A DNA stretch of 60,478 bases, filler included, from Circinaria calcarea (taxonomy: Eukaryota): the NCBI GenBank assembly GCA_051942165.1. It is 6 parts of 6 records of this genome, joined end to end, with 100 filler letters (N's around TTAATTAATTAA, not from the genome) between each part and the next. Parts side by side here need not be neighbours in the genome. Positions count along the whole stretch, not along the records: positions 20,225 to 30,221 come from JAVECS010000860.1; positions 30,322 to 40,312 come from JAVECS010000861.1; positions 40,413 to 50,396 come from JAVECS010000862.1; 3 more parts are not named here. One strand, written 5' to 3'. Positions 29,130 through 40,702 of the stretch are shown piece after piece. Within the stretch, counting starts at the first letter, position 1. Each line of letters begins with the position of its first letter. The position numbers were made by a program, and so were the translations under genes. A model generated the notes under the pieces. The model worked only from the letters and a program-made list of their open reading frames with translations, ran no database searches and was not told the DNA's origin.

Positions 29130-29648
29130 GTTTGGGAACAGCTGAGGAGGTGGTTATCGTGAGTGCCTATGCATGTTGCAAGTTCCTTACAACTAAGATT
29201 CGTATCTTAAAGCTTGGGTTCGCATCACCACGATGTGAGCATGTATCCTCCACTACGACCAAGGCTCACGTTCATAGTACTTCGAAGAACAACACCCTAC
29301 CATTTTAGGAGACCAGGGTATCAAAAGGGGCACTCGGTTGTTATCCCGTATTCCATAACACGTCCAGAACTCATCTTGACTGAACGAGCACGTACTGTTG
29401 CGCTCAATCCTGGTATCACGGTTGGTGCGCAAGCGCCCTAGATACTATTTCTCCTAGCATCGTCGTCCGTTTCCTCCTATATACTCCTATATAACCCTCT
29501 CTACCACCTCTGTCCGGCTGCGGCTCGTCTACTCCAAACACCTCATCTTATCCGGCGGCCCTACCAACTCGGTGTCCAAGAAGCCCAGGCGCACCTTCAA
29601 GCGCGGATTGTAAAGAATATGGGTAAGACGAACAGTCTTGGAGACACG

Positions 29649-29784
29649 GATCCTGGCGCTCTGGAGAGAAAAGGGACCGCTGAGGAGGTTGGACAACTTG
29701 TTTATTTTTTGTTGAGTGATGAGAATTCATTCATTAACGGTATGGTATATGGTATATGGTATTGATGGTGGCTGGATATGTTGA
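29649..29784 (+). pseudogene. C-terminal remnant of a short-chain dehydrogenase/reductase
   Basis: DPGALERKGTAEEVGQLVYFLLSDENSFINGMVYG...IDGGWIC*, a typical SDR C-terminus; the frame is broken by a 7-nt tandem duplication (GGTATAT). Confidence 0.7.
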
Positions 29785-30043
29785 GACGGAAATCATAACT
29801 CGGTAGAAACACATGTTTAGGCTATTCGAACAAAGTACTTAATATAAGATTTCCATCCCAACTAACCCATTAGCTATATATATTTCTCGATAAGCACTTC
29901 TAAAATAAATCATGATATCAATCCGCTTTGAATGAAACCCCCCAAACAGCCACAACATAACCCGCGAGCGCCTTCAACCAAAGTACAAACAACCCCAACC
30001 CCAACTATCAATAAAATAATCTCTCAAAGATAACCAACCCACC

Positions 30044-30221
30044 ATGTCCATAGGATGCTGCAGTAAGTCCCAACTCCCCCCATCGTCACCACCACCGCCA
30101 CCAACTCACCCTCTCCACCTCTCCGCCCTAGTCTGCGGGAAATGCACAATCTCCTACAGCGGCGAGCCCCAAGCCAAGGTAAACCCCCTCCCCCCTCCCT
30201 CTCTCCTCTCTCTCTCTCTAA
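30044..30221 (+). CDS. GFA/Mss4-like zinc-binding protein, 5' fragment (contig edge)
   Basis: Spliced MSIGCCICGKCTISYSGEPQAK (intron GTAAGT..CCCTAG, next donor GTAAAC) fits the GxCxCG..Y..EP start of GFA proteins. Confidence 0.6.
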
Positions 30222-30321
30222 NNNNNNNNNNNNNNNNNNNNNNNNNNNNNNNNNNNNNNNNNNNNTTAATTAATTAANNNNNNNNNNNNNNNNNNNNNNN
30301 NNNNNNNNNNNNNNNNNNNNN
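30222..30321. other. Artificial contig linker
   Basis: N44-TTAATTAATTAA-N44. Confidence 0.99.
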
Positions 30322-30439
30322 CTCCCCGCCCCATTCTCCCACAGCACAAACTAACCCAGAAAACAAACTCCATCTTTTATTCCCCGCATCTGTTGTATTA
30401 TTCATATTTATAATTACGAAATTAAATCAAATAAATAAT

Positions 30440-30568
30440 GACACTTTGGCGGAGTGGTTAACGCGACAGACTTGAACCCGTCCTCCTTCTACTCCTAGGA
30501 AGTAAGTTAGGTAGGCTTTTCGATATCTGTTTCCCTCGGGAGCGCAGGTTCAAATCCTGCAGGTGTCG
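30440..30568 (+). tRNA. tRNA-Ser(TGA) with a ~48-nt intron (30477-30524)
   Basis: Acceptor stem GACACTT/AGGTGTC with discriminator G; D-arm TGGCGGAGTGGTTAACGC; anticodon stem ACAGA/TCTGT around CT-TGA-A; long variable arm TTCCCTCGGGAG; T-arm GCAGG-TTCAAAT-CCTGC; downstream poly-T Pol III terminator. Confidence 0.93.
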
Positions 30569-30646
30569 AATTCTTTTTTTGGTTTTTTTTGGGGGCATTT
30601 TCTGTATGGATCGGGAGAGGATGGAAGGGATGGATGGATGGAAGGC

Positions 30647-30671
30647 GGAATGGGAATGGGAATGGGAATGG
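30647..30671 (+). repeat. (GGAATG)n microsatellite
   Basis: ggaatgggaatgggaatgggaatgg between the tRNA-Ser and the JEM1 3' end. Confidence 0.85.
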
Positions 30672-30818
30672 AAGGGCTAAATGGGATTGATTGTATTTTA
30701 TTGGCCGTTGGTTGTATAAACGCTCGGCCGATTACATTGATTGTGACAGTTTGTCGAAAAAACCTTCGATTCTCTTGCGCGCCATCTAAAATGCATATGC
30801 CCAAGGTATCCTCTATGA

Positions 30819-32488
30819 TTACGGAAACCCAAAACCCCCAGGAAACTGAAAACCGCCGCCGCCGCCGCTCTGCTGGAACTTGAACCCACCACCTCCCGAC
30901 CCGCCACCCGGTCCCTGCCGGAAGAAGAACTGCTGCCCACCCGGGCCCTGCCCAAACGGACTGCCCTGGAACGGCTGCCCCTGGTTGTCGAGATTGTTCG
31001 GATCGTCTCCGTGGTCAAACCGTGCCCTGAGCTCCGGATCGCTGAGGACCTCGTACGCTTCGTTGATGGATGCCATTTTCTTTTCCGACTCCTCTTTGCT
31101 GACACCCTTGCTCGCGGCTTTGTCCGGGTGGAACTGCTTGGTCATGCTCCGGTAGGCTTTCTTGATGGTGCGATCGTCGGCATCATGGGATACGCCGAGG
31201 ACTTTGTAGTAGTCTTTTGTTTTGGAGCGCTTGAGGAGGGTGTGGGCTTTTTGGAGGAGAGGCTGGATCTGTGATTCGGAGGGGTGGTGTTCTTTTGCGT
31301 GATTGAGGGTTTGGATGGCGGGTTCGAAGTCTTCTGAGTCGAGTTGCCCTTGCGCTTTGGAGAGGAGTGCGGGGAGGGAGTTGGGGTTTAGGGTTAGGGC
31401 TTCAGTGCAGTAGGGGAGGGCTTTCTTTTTGTTGTTCATCTGGGTATTATCTGGTTAGTGCCTTTACCGAGGGAGGAGTTCAAGGGGAGTTTTGTACGTA
31501 CCTCAGTATAACATTCGCAAGCCATTTCAACGAGACTGGCATAAAGTTCATTGGGTGAGTTCTTGTGGATCAACCCTGCTTCCTTTGCCACTTTCACATC
31601 CTCCTTTACCTCATCGATCAACCCCGTATCCTCCCCAGTTCCTACAAGTAGCTTGACAGCACTGTTGTATTGACGCTTCTCTCTTAAAGCCCGGACTTGC
31701 TTCAGCGCTTTATCCAGTTTCTTCTCTCGTCTATGGAGCTTGCTGCAGACCTTCGAATCTGGGTCCGAATGTAAGCATTTCCGGATTTGTGCCATACCCT
31801 TCTCGGTGTCACCCAGTGCATAGAAGAGCATCGATGAGATCTGCAAATGTGGCGCCGTAGACTGAGGTGATATCTGAAGCACATGTTGTAAATCGCTCAC
31901 GCCTTCCAGCACCTCGCCTCTTTCAAATCGGCACCTGGCCCTGAGTTGCCGAAGACCGAGTGCGGTACTTGCTACCATGATTGCGGTACCGGCGTGACTG
32001 ACACATCCCTCCCAGTCCCCCGCCTTCTCTGCAACAGCCGCGAGAGTAGCTGCGCCTTGCGCCTCCTCCAGATCAGCCCATTCTACACTCTGTTCTTTCC
32101 CCGCAGCCAGATAATCTTGCTTTGCAGCTTGCCAATCCGCAATCCTGCTCTTTATCTTGGCTCGTTGGAGAAGGGCTCCCTCAAAATCGGGTTTGATTGA
32201 TAACACCCTGTTGAAGTCCTCATTGGCTTGCGCATTCTTTCCAAGGGAGAGGTACGTAGCGCCCCGCTGGAATATGGTGAGATAATTTCGGGGATCTCTC
32301 GAGACTGCAACATCAAAGTACGTGAGCGCGTCGTTGGACTTTCCCTGGGCTAGGTTGGCTTTGGCTAAGGAAACGAGAGAGGCTATCGGGGTGTCGGAAG
32401 GGATATCAGAGGGCGAGAGGCAGAATACTAAGGGACCGTTGAGGACCAGAGATGCTCCAAGAGCTAGAAAGTTTGCCCGTAAAATCAT
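30819..32488 (-). CDS. JEM1: ER-lumenal TPR + J-domain co-chaperone (DNAJC3/P58IPK, Jem1-like), 2 exons
   Basis: Signal peptide, TPR repeats, 'IRKCLHSDPDSK', intron GTACGT..CCCAG near 31502-31440, J-domain 'KDYYKVLGV...QFHPDK...INEAYEVLSDPELRARFD', Gly/Phe-rich tail. Confidence 0.92.
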
Positions 32489-33578
32489 CTTGAGGATTGT
32501 ATTTGATTTGAATGAAGGAAAGACCGGTCGGGGCTATTATCGATATGTAGATCGTTATTGATATCTGGCCTCCCACTCAAGTTGCGATTTGCCGCAGCCC
32601 TATGGCGTCTCATAGTTCCAGTGCCTACCTGAAACGGGTTTGAGGCAAACCTGTTTCCACCTCCACCGGTCGTGGATTCTCGCAAGAGAAGATTCTACAT
32701 ATGCCTACAAGGTTGCAGGTTGGAATTTAGAACACCGGTCGATCACTATGCTTGATCCCTCTCTAAGCGTCGATTCTTCGTATCCTATTGGCAACTCACA
32801 GCACCGATTCTGCAAGTCTACAAAGATTACTTTGAGCATGCGTATTAAGCTTCTCTCAGAAGCTCACTTGTGTACGCAATGTCAGTGATATATGTGGTTT
32901 CTCATGTTTACCTCGAATGTCAAAGACTGGCTGGAATTCGATAATCACGGACGTTTAGGGGAGCCAGCTTCTTTGTCAAGTTCAATGATCATTACAGGAA
33001 TACTTCGTTCTGCGTGCTTTATCTTGCGGATCTTTGCAAAAGCTTACGACTTAGCGTGTTCCACTGAGGTATGGTTTTCGAATGCCTTTCTCTCCTACTC
33101 ATTTTTCCCTTGCACTCATCTCACAGTGAGCTCCACGGTGGGTTGGGAGACGTCATTGTTTTGCAAGTGAAATCTACTATGGAAACAGCTATCAAGACCC
33201 AACACTTCTCCTTGCAAAAGTTCGGGAGAGGTGAGAAGTCATGCGGAACCATATGACATTCTGCTCGAGATGGGCCCTACAACTCAGGTGTGGATAGGTT
33301 TAATTACCCGTATTTAGAGCACCAGGTCTTCAAGGTATAGTGAACACGGTGTTTAGACCGGCGCCATGGCCATTCGTTAGGATATGAGCAACTTAGGGAG
33401 TTACAAAAGAAGTCTAAGAGTATCGCTTGAAGGACCTTTCAGAATGCTTCTCTTCTCTGACCATACAAACACCATCCGCCGTTTGGCCGGCTTCTTAAAG
33501 AAACAGAACATCTTAAATTCAGAAACTTGTCAATGTGACGGGGTATCAATAAGAGATTGAGACAGCTAGAGAAATCAT

Positions 33579-34833
33579 TTAAAAACCGAAGCCCATCAAT
33601 GTTGCTTCGAAGCTCTCCTGCTTCGAGGCCCTCATCGTCCTTTTCTTTTTAGACTGGCCACCTCCCGGCTCATCAACGAGTCTCTTGACCGGAAGGACTT
33701 TCTTCTCTACTAGTAATTGAGGTCGAGTTTCTCTTTGAAAACAACGCAAACTTCGGTTCCCAGTAGTGTCTACTTTGGCGTCTTCCGGAGCTGGTCCCAA
33801 GGAAAAATGCAGCACAGGTAGGTGATTGATGGCCTCGACCCCTTCTTCCGTAAGGCTCTGGGTACAGAAGTGGCTACTACGGTAGTAGGACGCGTGAATT
33901 ACTGAGTCCCATTTCGCATCGGAACATCCAGCAAGCGCAATGTATTCGCTAAGATCTTTTCCCGTACTGTACTTCCAGCACAAGGCGTTGGCGACTACCT
34001 TGTCTCGAGGACCGATATTGCAATCTTCCAGAAGCAAGATAGAAAGCAGTGGAAAGAGACTAAGATAAGTAAAGATCGTCGGGGTTATTCCCCTCTGTGA
34101 ACGGCAGGCCAGGACCCGTAGCATGCTGAACGCTCCTGTTTCTGTAGCTGCACGTGCCCAGGCTCGTGCAATGCCGTCGTCAAGACCAGTCTCGGGTGCT
34201 TCGACACCCTCCCCAATGGTCAATGTGCCAATGTTAGTCAATTGGGAGAGTTGTATTAGATCAAGTCGTGTGCATGTTATATGCGATAAAGTTAGATCCG
34301 TGATCCATGCAAATGACAAAGATGTGATAGGTTTGATGTAGTCGGGCAATGCCATATTGGGCTTTACAACAAGCTGCTGTCGGCGCTTCAAACTTTTCTC
34401 TTGGCTTTCCTCGGGATATGCTGCTGCGAAGACCTTCCACGCATGCAGGCTGTCTAATTGACTATCGCAGCTGTCAGTAGGGATGGTGAGAGAATACCAA
34501 TCCTATCACTCACTATGCGATTATTCTATGCCATAGTAGTTTGCCAACTTGCCACGGAACACCCCCCAAGCTTTCGGCAGTCAACGAAACCACATTCATC
34601 ACTGCGCTTCGAATGGCCATATTTTGCAAAGAAGAACATCCTGGTCCTTTGGATCGAAATAGGGCAAGATCCGACGTACTACCAAGTGTCTTCCATACCC
34701 AATCTGCCCTCATCGGGCCCGCTTTACAGAGGACTTCGGTGAATTGTAGTCCGGATTGCCAGTCAAATGTCTGATTTTTGGAGGCTTCCAGCCTTGAACA
34801 CAGCTCCGGCCGCTTGATGCGGAGACGGGCCAT
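33579..34833 (-). CDS. Hypothetical fungal protein with LRR-like region (2 exons)
   Basis: ORF 34513-34833 splices (GTGAGT..GATAG) into YQLDSLHAWKVFAAAYP and ORF 33579-34391. LRR-like 'LSQLTNIGTLTI', 'FSMLRVL'; basic C-terminal NLS-like segment. Start codon uncertain. Confidence 0.65.
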
Positions 34834-35112
34834 GATGATTGAATCTGCGTAGACCGAGGAGAGTCAGATTTGCTAGCATATGCAAGCAATGATACACGAA
34901 ACATTTTGTACAGTATTTCCCATATTTGATTTTGATATCAAAGTTAATTTCGGGTTTAGCTTTTGCCGGAGTCTCCAGGATCCTAGCGCCGATGCTAGTG
35001 AGCTGGGTGATCGGCTTGGTCCTACATGGCAATTCCTGACATCACGAACTAGATCTTGTCGGTCGAAAAATGAGGGCGATGTCGACAATGCGCAGAAGGT
35101 GATACGGACGAG

Positions 35113-36093
35113 ATGGTGCTCAAGAAACCAAGTATCTTGATATGGTCCTACGGGGGTACTCAAGGTTTGTGCTACCATCATCAGATATGCTCCATCCATA
35201 CTGCGGACTTCTCTCATAACCGGAAGCCACGGACAAACAAAAGATCTGCCGGCCAACCAAGGAGGCATGGGAGAGGATATGCAGATGTCAGGTCCACAGA
35301 ACCGTCGTCAGATACTTCTCCAGATCTGCAATGGCCCCATCTAAGGTCGGCCACTGCAATACCCACACCCTACCAGATTTTCAATCTGAGGAAGGGCGCA
35401 CCATACTCGAAACGGCGCTTCTACGAGCTCGTCAAGTTATACCACCCAGATCGAAATGTCTATGACGAAGACTCGTCGAAACCGGGCTACTTATCACAAG
35501 CAGTCAAGCTTGAAAGGTACCGACTGATTGTCGCCGCAAATGATATCCTCTCGGATCCGGTAAGGCGAAACGCATATGACAGGTATGGTGCTGGGTGGAA
35601 CGGACAACCCGCTTGCGCAGGAAGCCAGGGCTGGAAGAAAAAAGCGAGCTGGTCCGACTTCGATAATAGCGAATCACCAGCCCAAAATGCCACATGGGAA
35701 GATTGGGAAAAATGGCATCATAGAGATTCGAAGCCTAAACAAGAACCTCTCTATTTTTCGAATGGGGGTGTCTTTTCAGTAATCGTGTTTGTCGCTATAC
35801 TGGCAGGAATGGGCCAAGTTACACGTGTTGGGGAACTCTCCAAATCCTTTATTGAGCAGGTTGAGGCTATGCACGATGAGTCTAGCAAGGACTTGCAACG
35901 ACGGAGGATAGAGTCGCAGAATTTCATGAATAAAGACGCGAGAGTACATAACTTTCTGAAGGTCCGGGACCCAGTTGGGTATGGAATTACGGACCCAAGT
36001 GAAGAGGGCTACCGAAAACTACTTCCTGCACCAGAGATTTGCATGAGCGGTAACATTAAAGACCGGGCTCTCGACGAACCCAGGGGCACATAG
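35113..36093 (+). CDS. JID1: Mitochondrial J-domain protein (Jid1-like)
   Basis: Basic presequence-like N-terminus, 'PTPYQIF...YSKRRFYELVKLYHPD', 'ERYRLIVAANDILSDP', 'NATWEDWEKW', one TM segment. Confidence 0.85.
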   Translation: MVLKKPSILIWSYGGTQGLCYHHQICSIHTADFSHNRKPRTNKRSAGQPRRHGRGYADVRSTEPSSDTSPDLQWPHLRSATAIPTPYQIFNLRKGAPYSKRRFYELVKLYHPDRNVYDEDSSKPGYLSQAVKLERYRLIVAANDILSDPVRRNAYDRYGAGWNGQPACAGSQGWKKKASWSDFDNSESPAQNATWEDWEKWHHRDSKPKQEPLYFSNGGVFSVIVFVAILAGMGQVTRVGELSKSFIEQVEAMHDESSKDLQRRRIESQNFMNKDARVHNFLKVRDPVGYGITDPSEEGYRKLLPAPEICMSGNIKDRALDEPRGT

Positions 36094-36869
36094 GATAATG
36101 TGATTAGATACGTTGTATACGTGGGAGAACTTTGGATGGTCGGTACAAGTCAGCTTTGCATAGCGGACGGCGTTTTGGTCTATGGGATCTGGTCATCATG
36201 GATGCTGCTGGAGTCGGCATCCAGCGGCAGCCGAAGGTGGAAATGGGCTTAGGACGAAAGGACCTATCTTGCTATATGGGGTGGCCTATGAAGACCTATA
36301 TTAGTGGTAAGAAAGAGGCGCGTATGCCAAAGATGTTGTCGATTAGGAAAGGCTGAGGTACGCCGTATCCGCTACATCAACACTAAGTCGTTTGAACTGA
36401 AGATCAATACCTTCAAACTCTCGTCAGCCTGTGATTATGTGTGATCTCTAGACGGGGTAGCTCCCGGGGTTATATTCATCAATTTGGCAGAGAGTTTCTG
36501 GGGCTTCGCTTGTCGTATTGACCAATTGGCCTGAACCTACCGCCCAGTTACGCCGAACCTCAAACTTGCCTAGTCGTACATTTTTAGCGTTTGCCCATGC
36601 CGTAACGGTATTAAATGGGATTCAAGGTCATGTGTTTCCTCATATACATGTGCTTTCGCTTCTTTGCTCTCTACATATTCCTGTCATTATTCTTTTAGAC
36701 TCCAGTCAACGTGGATTTCCTTAACTGTAAATATTGCGTTTCACTGTGAATGGTTTTCTGATGTTAGCTGCGTTTTTTCTGGAGGGCATTATGGAATACA
36801 GCATACTTAAGGTCTGCTCATTTCCCGATTTTTGATCTTCTTCTAACGCAAGCCTTGCTTTTTACTGAC

Positions 36870-39561
36870 ATAATGGCATGTCTGTACCGCACCTCTCCCC
36901 CAGGAATTTATTGTCCTGAACGCCACATCGATAAGCACGGAGAGCACAGCAATTATAAGCTCGAGTTATGCTGCATCTTCTACAGAGGCTTCTCATAGTA
37001 CAAGCTCCTCAAACTCATACGGCATTACATACGGTATTACGCAATCGATCACGGTCCATTCTGCGGCTACAGAGTTTTTGGATATCTAGGAAATTAGAGG
37101 CTTGACCTTGTACGTTACACTCATTGGACCTACGACTTTTTATGCCACCATTACAATGGCATACAACATGAGTTATTCGACAGTGGTTCCGGGTCCTTGC
37201 ACACACAGACCATTACAGTTACCAAGGCAGAAGAAGTCTTTGCGGCGCCGATGGATTATTGGTCCTTGACTACTATAACTTTATCTGGGCCTGCTACGTA
37301 CACGACCATCTATAGGTTTAACCAGGTTATCAGACCTTTGGCAGAAATCAGCCATTGGTAAAATCTAAAACTGTAACAGTCGACATAGGTTCTATGGTTT
37401 TAGACATAGCTTCTGGTGTTACCTACTATCATACCGCTACCGTTGGGCCCACGACCGCGACCAATACTATGACGGAGGATCTACCTGGCGCTCCAGGACC
37501 GGATACTGCAGATCCCCATTGCGATACCGCTTCGCTTAATGGCCAGTGGAGCGCCAATCAGTGGCACGAGGTGACCTATCGGACTTTCTTAGCAAAGGTT
37601 ATGGACAGCTTAGTTGTTACCACTGAAGTCACTACAGGCGTGGTGAATCAATGGCAACTCTTTTATGGTGAATCTTACCTGAATAGGACCGACAACTGTA
37701 TACGCGAAACTTACACACACCATTGATCCCACGTTCCCTGGACTAGATTCTCATAATATAGGTAATGCATCTGGAGGAGCGTGCAGCAAGCTATACTACC
37801 CAACAATTAATCAGTAATATTGGCCTGTCGATTCTCTGGATATCGCCTGATTTTCTAGCAGCAGTATAGCTCCAAACCAAGGTGTTCCAGGAAATCATAC
37901 CTCCGGTCTACCTGTAACACATCAAAAGCTGTCCGGTACGGTACTCGAAGCGTCCACGTCAGTGTCTGATGCGTTTACTTTGTAAGCTAAGTGTGCCATA
38001 TCTAACTGCAAGTACAGAATCACTGAGACTCTTGAATTGTTTCACTTTCTGTATATATTGCCTTCCCAACGATATCTGCCGCTGATCATTGCGGCAATCT
38101 TGGTAATATACATGTCCCAACAACTATTGGATTCCCGCCAGCGGAGATCTCTACCGCTGTCATAGTTCCTGGTCCTCAAGGAGGGTCAATGACCAGTTAT
38201 CCGTTCGATTTCAGATACGCAAAATGCCCACCACCGTCTATTTCAGGAACCCAATATCTGACGATGATTGGACCATCTGACCACTACCCTCTGATTGCTC
38301 CACTACGCGGACTTACCCTTATTGAATAAAAATAGAATGCGCACTGCGTCGCCGCACCTTTCCAGGGAGCTGATCCTCCGTTCGCGCTTGTAAGTCAAGC
38401 AGCAATGTCGCCTTTCGCTCCTACCCAAGGTCCAGTGATTGCTCCTGCGGCAGCAAGTCCAAGTGCAGCCATCCCGGCAATCCCTCGTCAAACGGTCATG
38501 GCCACTCTCCCAAAGCGCCACGGAAAAGTTATCAACCTTGGATGATCCTGTGTCAAAAATTCATACCGACTCGGTCCATTTTAACTTACCTGATCCGGTT
38601 GTTCAGCCTCAGACACCCACCAAGGTTACTTTCATTACGATTTCTCCTCTTCCTATGGCGGTTCCGACTAAGGTCAGTATATGACTTTGGTCTGTTCAAA
38701 CCCCGGACACTTCTGATCAAAAAGTTGCCAGCGATATACCTCCAGTAAGCAATCCATAGCCGCCAAATGACCCAGGAAAATCTAATCGGTCTTCAAGTAC
38801 GGTCCAGACTATACCCACGAAAGCTTCCACGTCCTCGCCCCCCCCGCATTCTAGAGTTCAACTGGAGATTCTGGTTCTGACGTTGATTATATTACGCAAA
38901 ACACTGTACCGGTAGGAAAGATGACCGATTCTCAAGCTACAAACTTAACCACTAAAACAAAGCTCTACCTTGTGGCAGATCAGCCATCTACTATACCTCT
39001 TTGAACCGCAGAAACCGGAACCAGCCTCGGCACTGTGGATTTCGGTACCCAGACTTATATAGGGGCACATGCCGTTTCCGATCTCATAATTGCAGGCCAG
39101 ATACTCATGCCTGGTTCCGCCAGTACAGTTTCGGGTGCTCTAATCTCCCTGGTTCAAGATTCCGCTCCAACTAATCCTTCTCTTGTGATCGGCGCAACGA
39201 TACCCTACTGACTCAATAGGCCCTGGGCTACTTACTCTAACTGGGTCGGTTTTACATAGCCAACTCAGGATCCAACTTCTTGATTGGCACCCCAAACTCT
39301 AGTTCCCGGAGCCCCTGCCATTACTCTCTCAGGCACACCGCTTTCTCTGGCAGCTGGTTTGATAGAAATAGTGATCGGAAAGTAGCGCGCAAGGATTAGC
39401 AGGCTTGATCATGAATGGGTTTGGAAGTGGGAATGGGGGAGCAGCGTCTGCAACTGAGACAGAGTCGAGTAGTATTGCAGTGTTTGAAGGGGCTGCGGAG
39501 AGAAGGTGGCCATGGTCTATGCCTTGCTGGCTGATCTCGGGAGGGATGATTATTGGATGAC
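36870..39561 (+). pseudogene. Decayed Ser/Thr/Pro-rich, mucin-like cell-surface (GPI-type) protein gene
   Basis: Fragments in shifting frames: S/T-rich start, 'SVYIAFPTISAADHCGNLG', 'YPFDF..CPPP', 'IIAGQILMPG', 'TLVPGAPAITLSGTPLSLA' repeats, and hydrophobic tail 'AVFEGAAERRWPWSMPCWLISGGMIIG*'. Many stops and frameshifts; ends approximate. Confidence 0.65.
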
Positions 39562-40189
39562 TCGAAGGAGGAAGGGAGGATTAATGACTTGGTGGAGCCT
39601 TTCTTCTATGAACGAAAGTCCACACCTTAACTATAGCAACTAGCCCAGTTTCTTATTCATGACATTTATGAGCTATCGAAGCTGCCAGGGGGGCTATCAA
39701 GTCCGTATAGCTAAAGCCGTTGTTAATTTCACGCATGTGGCTCTCTTCCCTATTTCGTACAAAGTCCCCCACCTAGACTTTTGTGAAAAGGTTGACACGC
39801 TATCTGCATTATCTGAAAAAGGGCGATATACACGGGTACGCAAAAGTTCCAAGGATTTCCCCGCCCCCCCTTTCCGGCCCTGTTCCTATTCGAATCTGTT
39901 TATATAAAGCCTCATACGGCCATATTGCATACATCACAATAACGGATAAGACTGGGGATCCGCATTAGATAATTCGATTACTGTAAATCATACTATTCCA
40001 TAAGTGTTGATTTTCATCTTCATCGTGGATATCCCGATGGATGACGAGACGCCGTTGATACCTTGCAAACCCCGCTAGCCCGTGGAAAGCATGTCGTTTG
40101 TCATCTTCTGCAAAACATCTATCTACCCACCACGGTATTACCTAGCATAGGGGCAGGTACAGTAGCCCCCCACCCGATTCCAATTCATC

Positions 40190-40312
40190 ATGGCGACCCG
40201 ACTACCTCCCCTCCAGGATATCGAACGGTTGAGTCCGCTCGTCATCCGCGTCCTCGGAGGAAACCCGGGCAAGGTGCCAATTTGAACAAGCACATTCACC
40301 ATGATAGCATGC
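40190..40312 (+). CDS. LACTB2-like metallo-beta-lactamase, first exon only (40190-40273; contig edge)
   Basis: MATRLPPLQDIERLSPLVIRVLGGNPGK followed by a GT donor; characteristic N-terminus of fungal LACTB2/MbL proteins. Confidence 0.75.
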
Positions 40313-40412
40313 NNNNNNNNNNNNNNNNNNNNNNNNNNNNNNNNNNNNNNNNNNNNTTAATTAATTAANNNNNNNNNNNNNNNNNNNNNNNNNNNNNNNN
40401 NNNNNNNNNNNN
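40313..40412. other. Artificial contig linker
   Basis: N44-TTAATTAATTAA-N44. Confidence 0.99.
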
Positions 40413-40702
40413 GACCGACATGAAAGAACTGGAGGCGAATATGCGTAAGATTGAGATGCCAGGTCTAACGTGGGGTGCCTCGAAACTCGTACCCGTCGGC
40501 TTTGGTATAAAGAAGCTCCAGGTCAACCTCGTTGTCGAGGACGAGTTGGTTTCCATCGATGACTTGCAAGCGCAGATCGAGTCCGACGAGGACCATGTGC
40601 AATCAACTGATGTGGTATGTCTTCCTCTCGAGGCTTCTCCACCTCGATCATCAAACAAGCTAAACGTGGTTGTTATGACAGGCGGCCATGCAAAAGTTAT
40701 AG
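40413..40702 (+). CDS. EFB1: Translation elongation factor 1-beta, 3' end
   Basis: TDMKELEANMRKIEMPGLTWGASKLVPVGFGIKKLQVNLVVED...DEDHVQSTDV, intron GTATGT..GACAG, then AAMQKL*. Confidence 0.95.

Noticed and set aside
31387..31398. TTTAGGGTTAGGG-like telomeric repeat or telomerase RNA template
   Set aside because: Only two units, inside JEM1 coding sequence (ALTLNPN).
28098..40312. Methyltransferase + MbL (LACTB2) as parts of one polyketide cluster
   Set aside because: They are on different contigs, and no PKS is in view.
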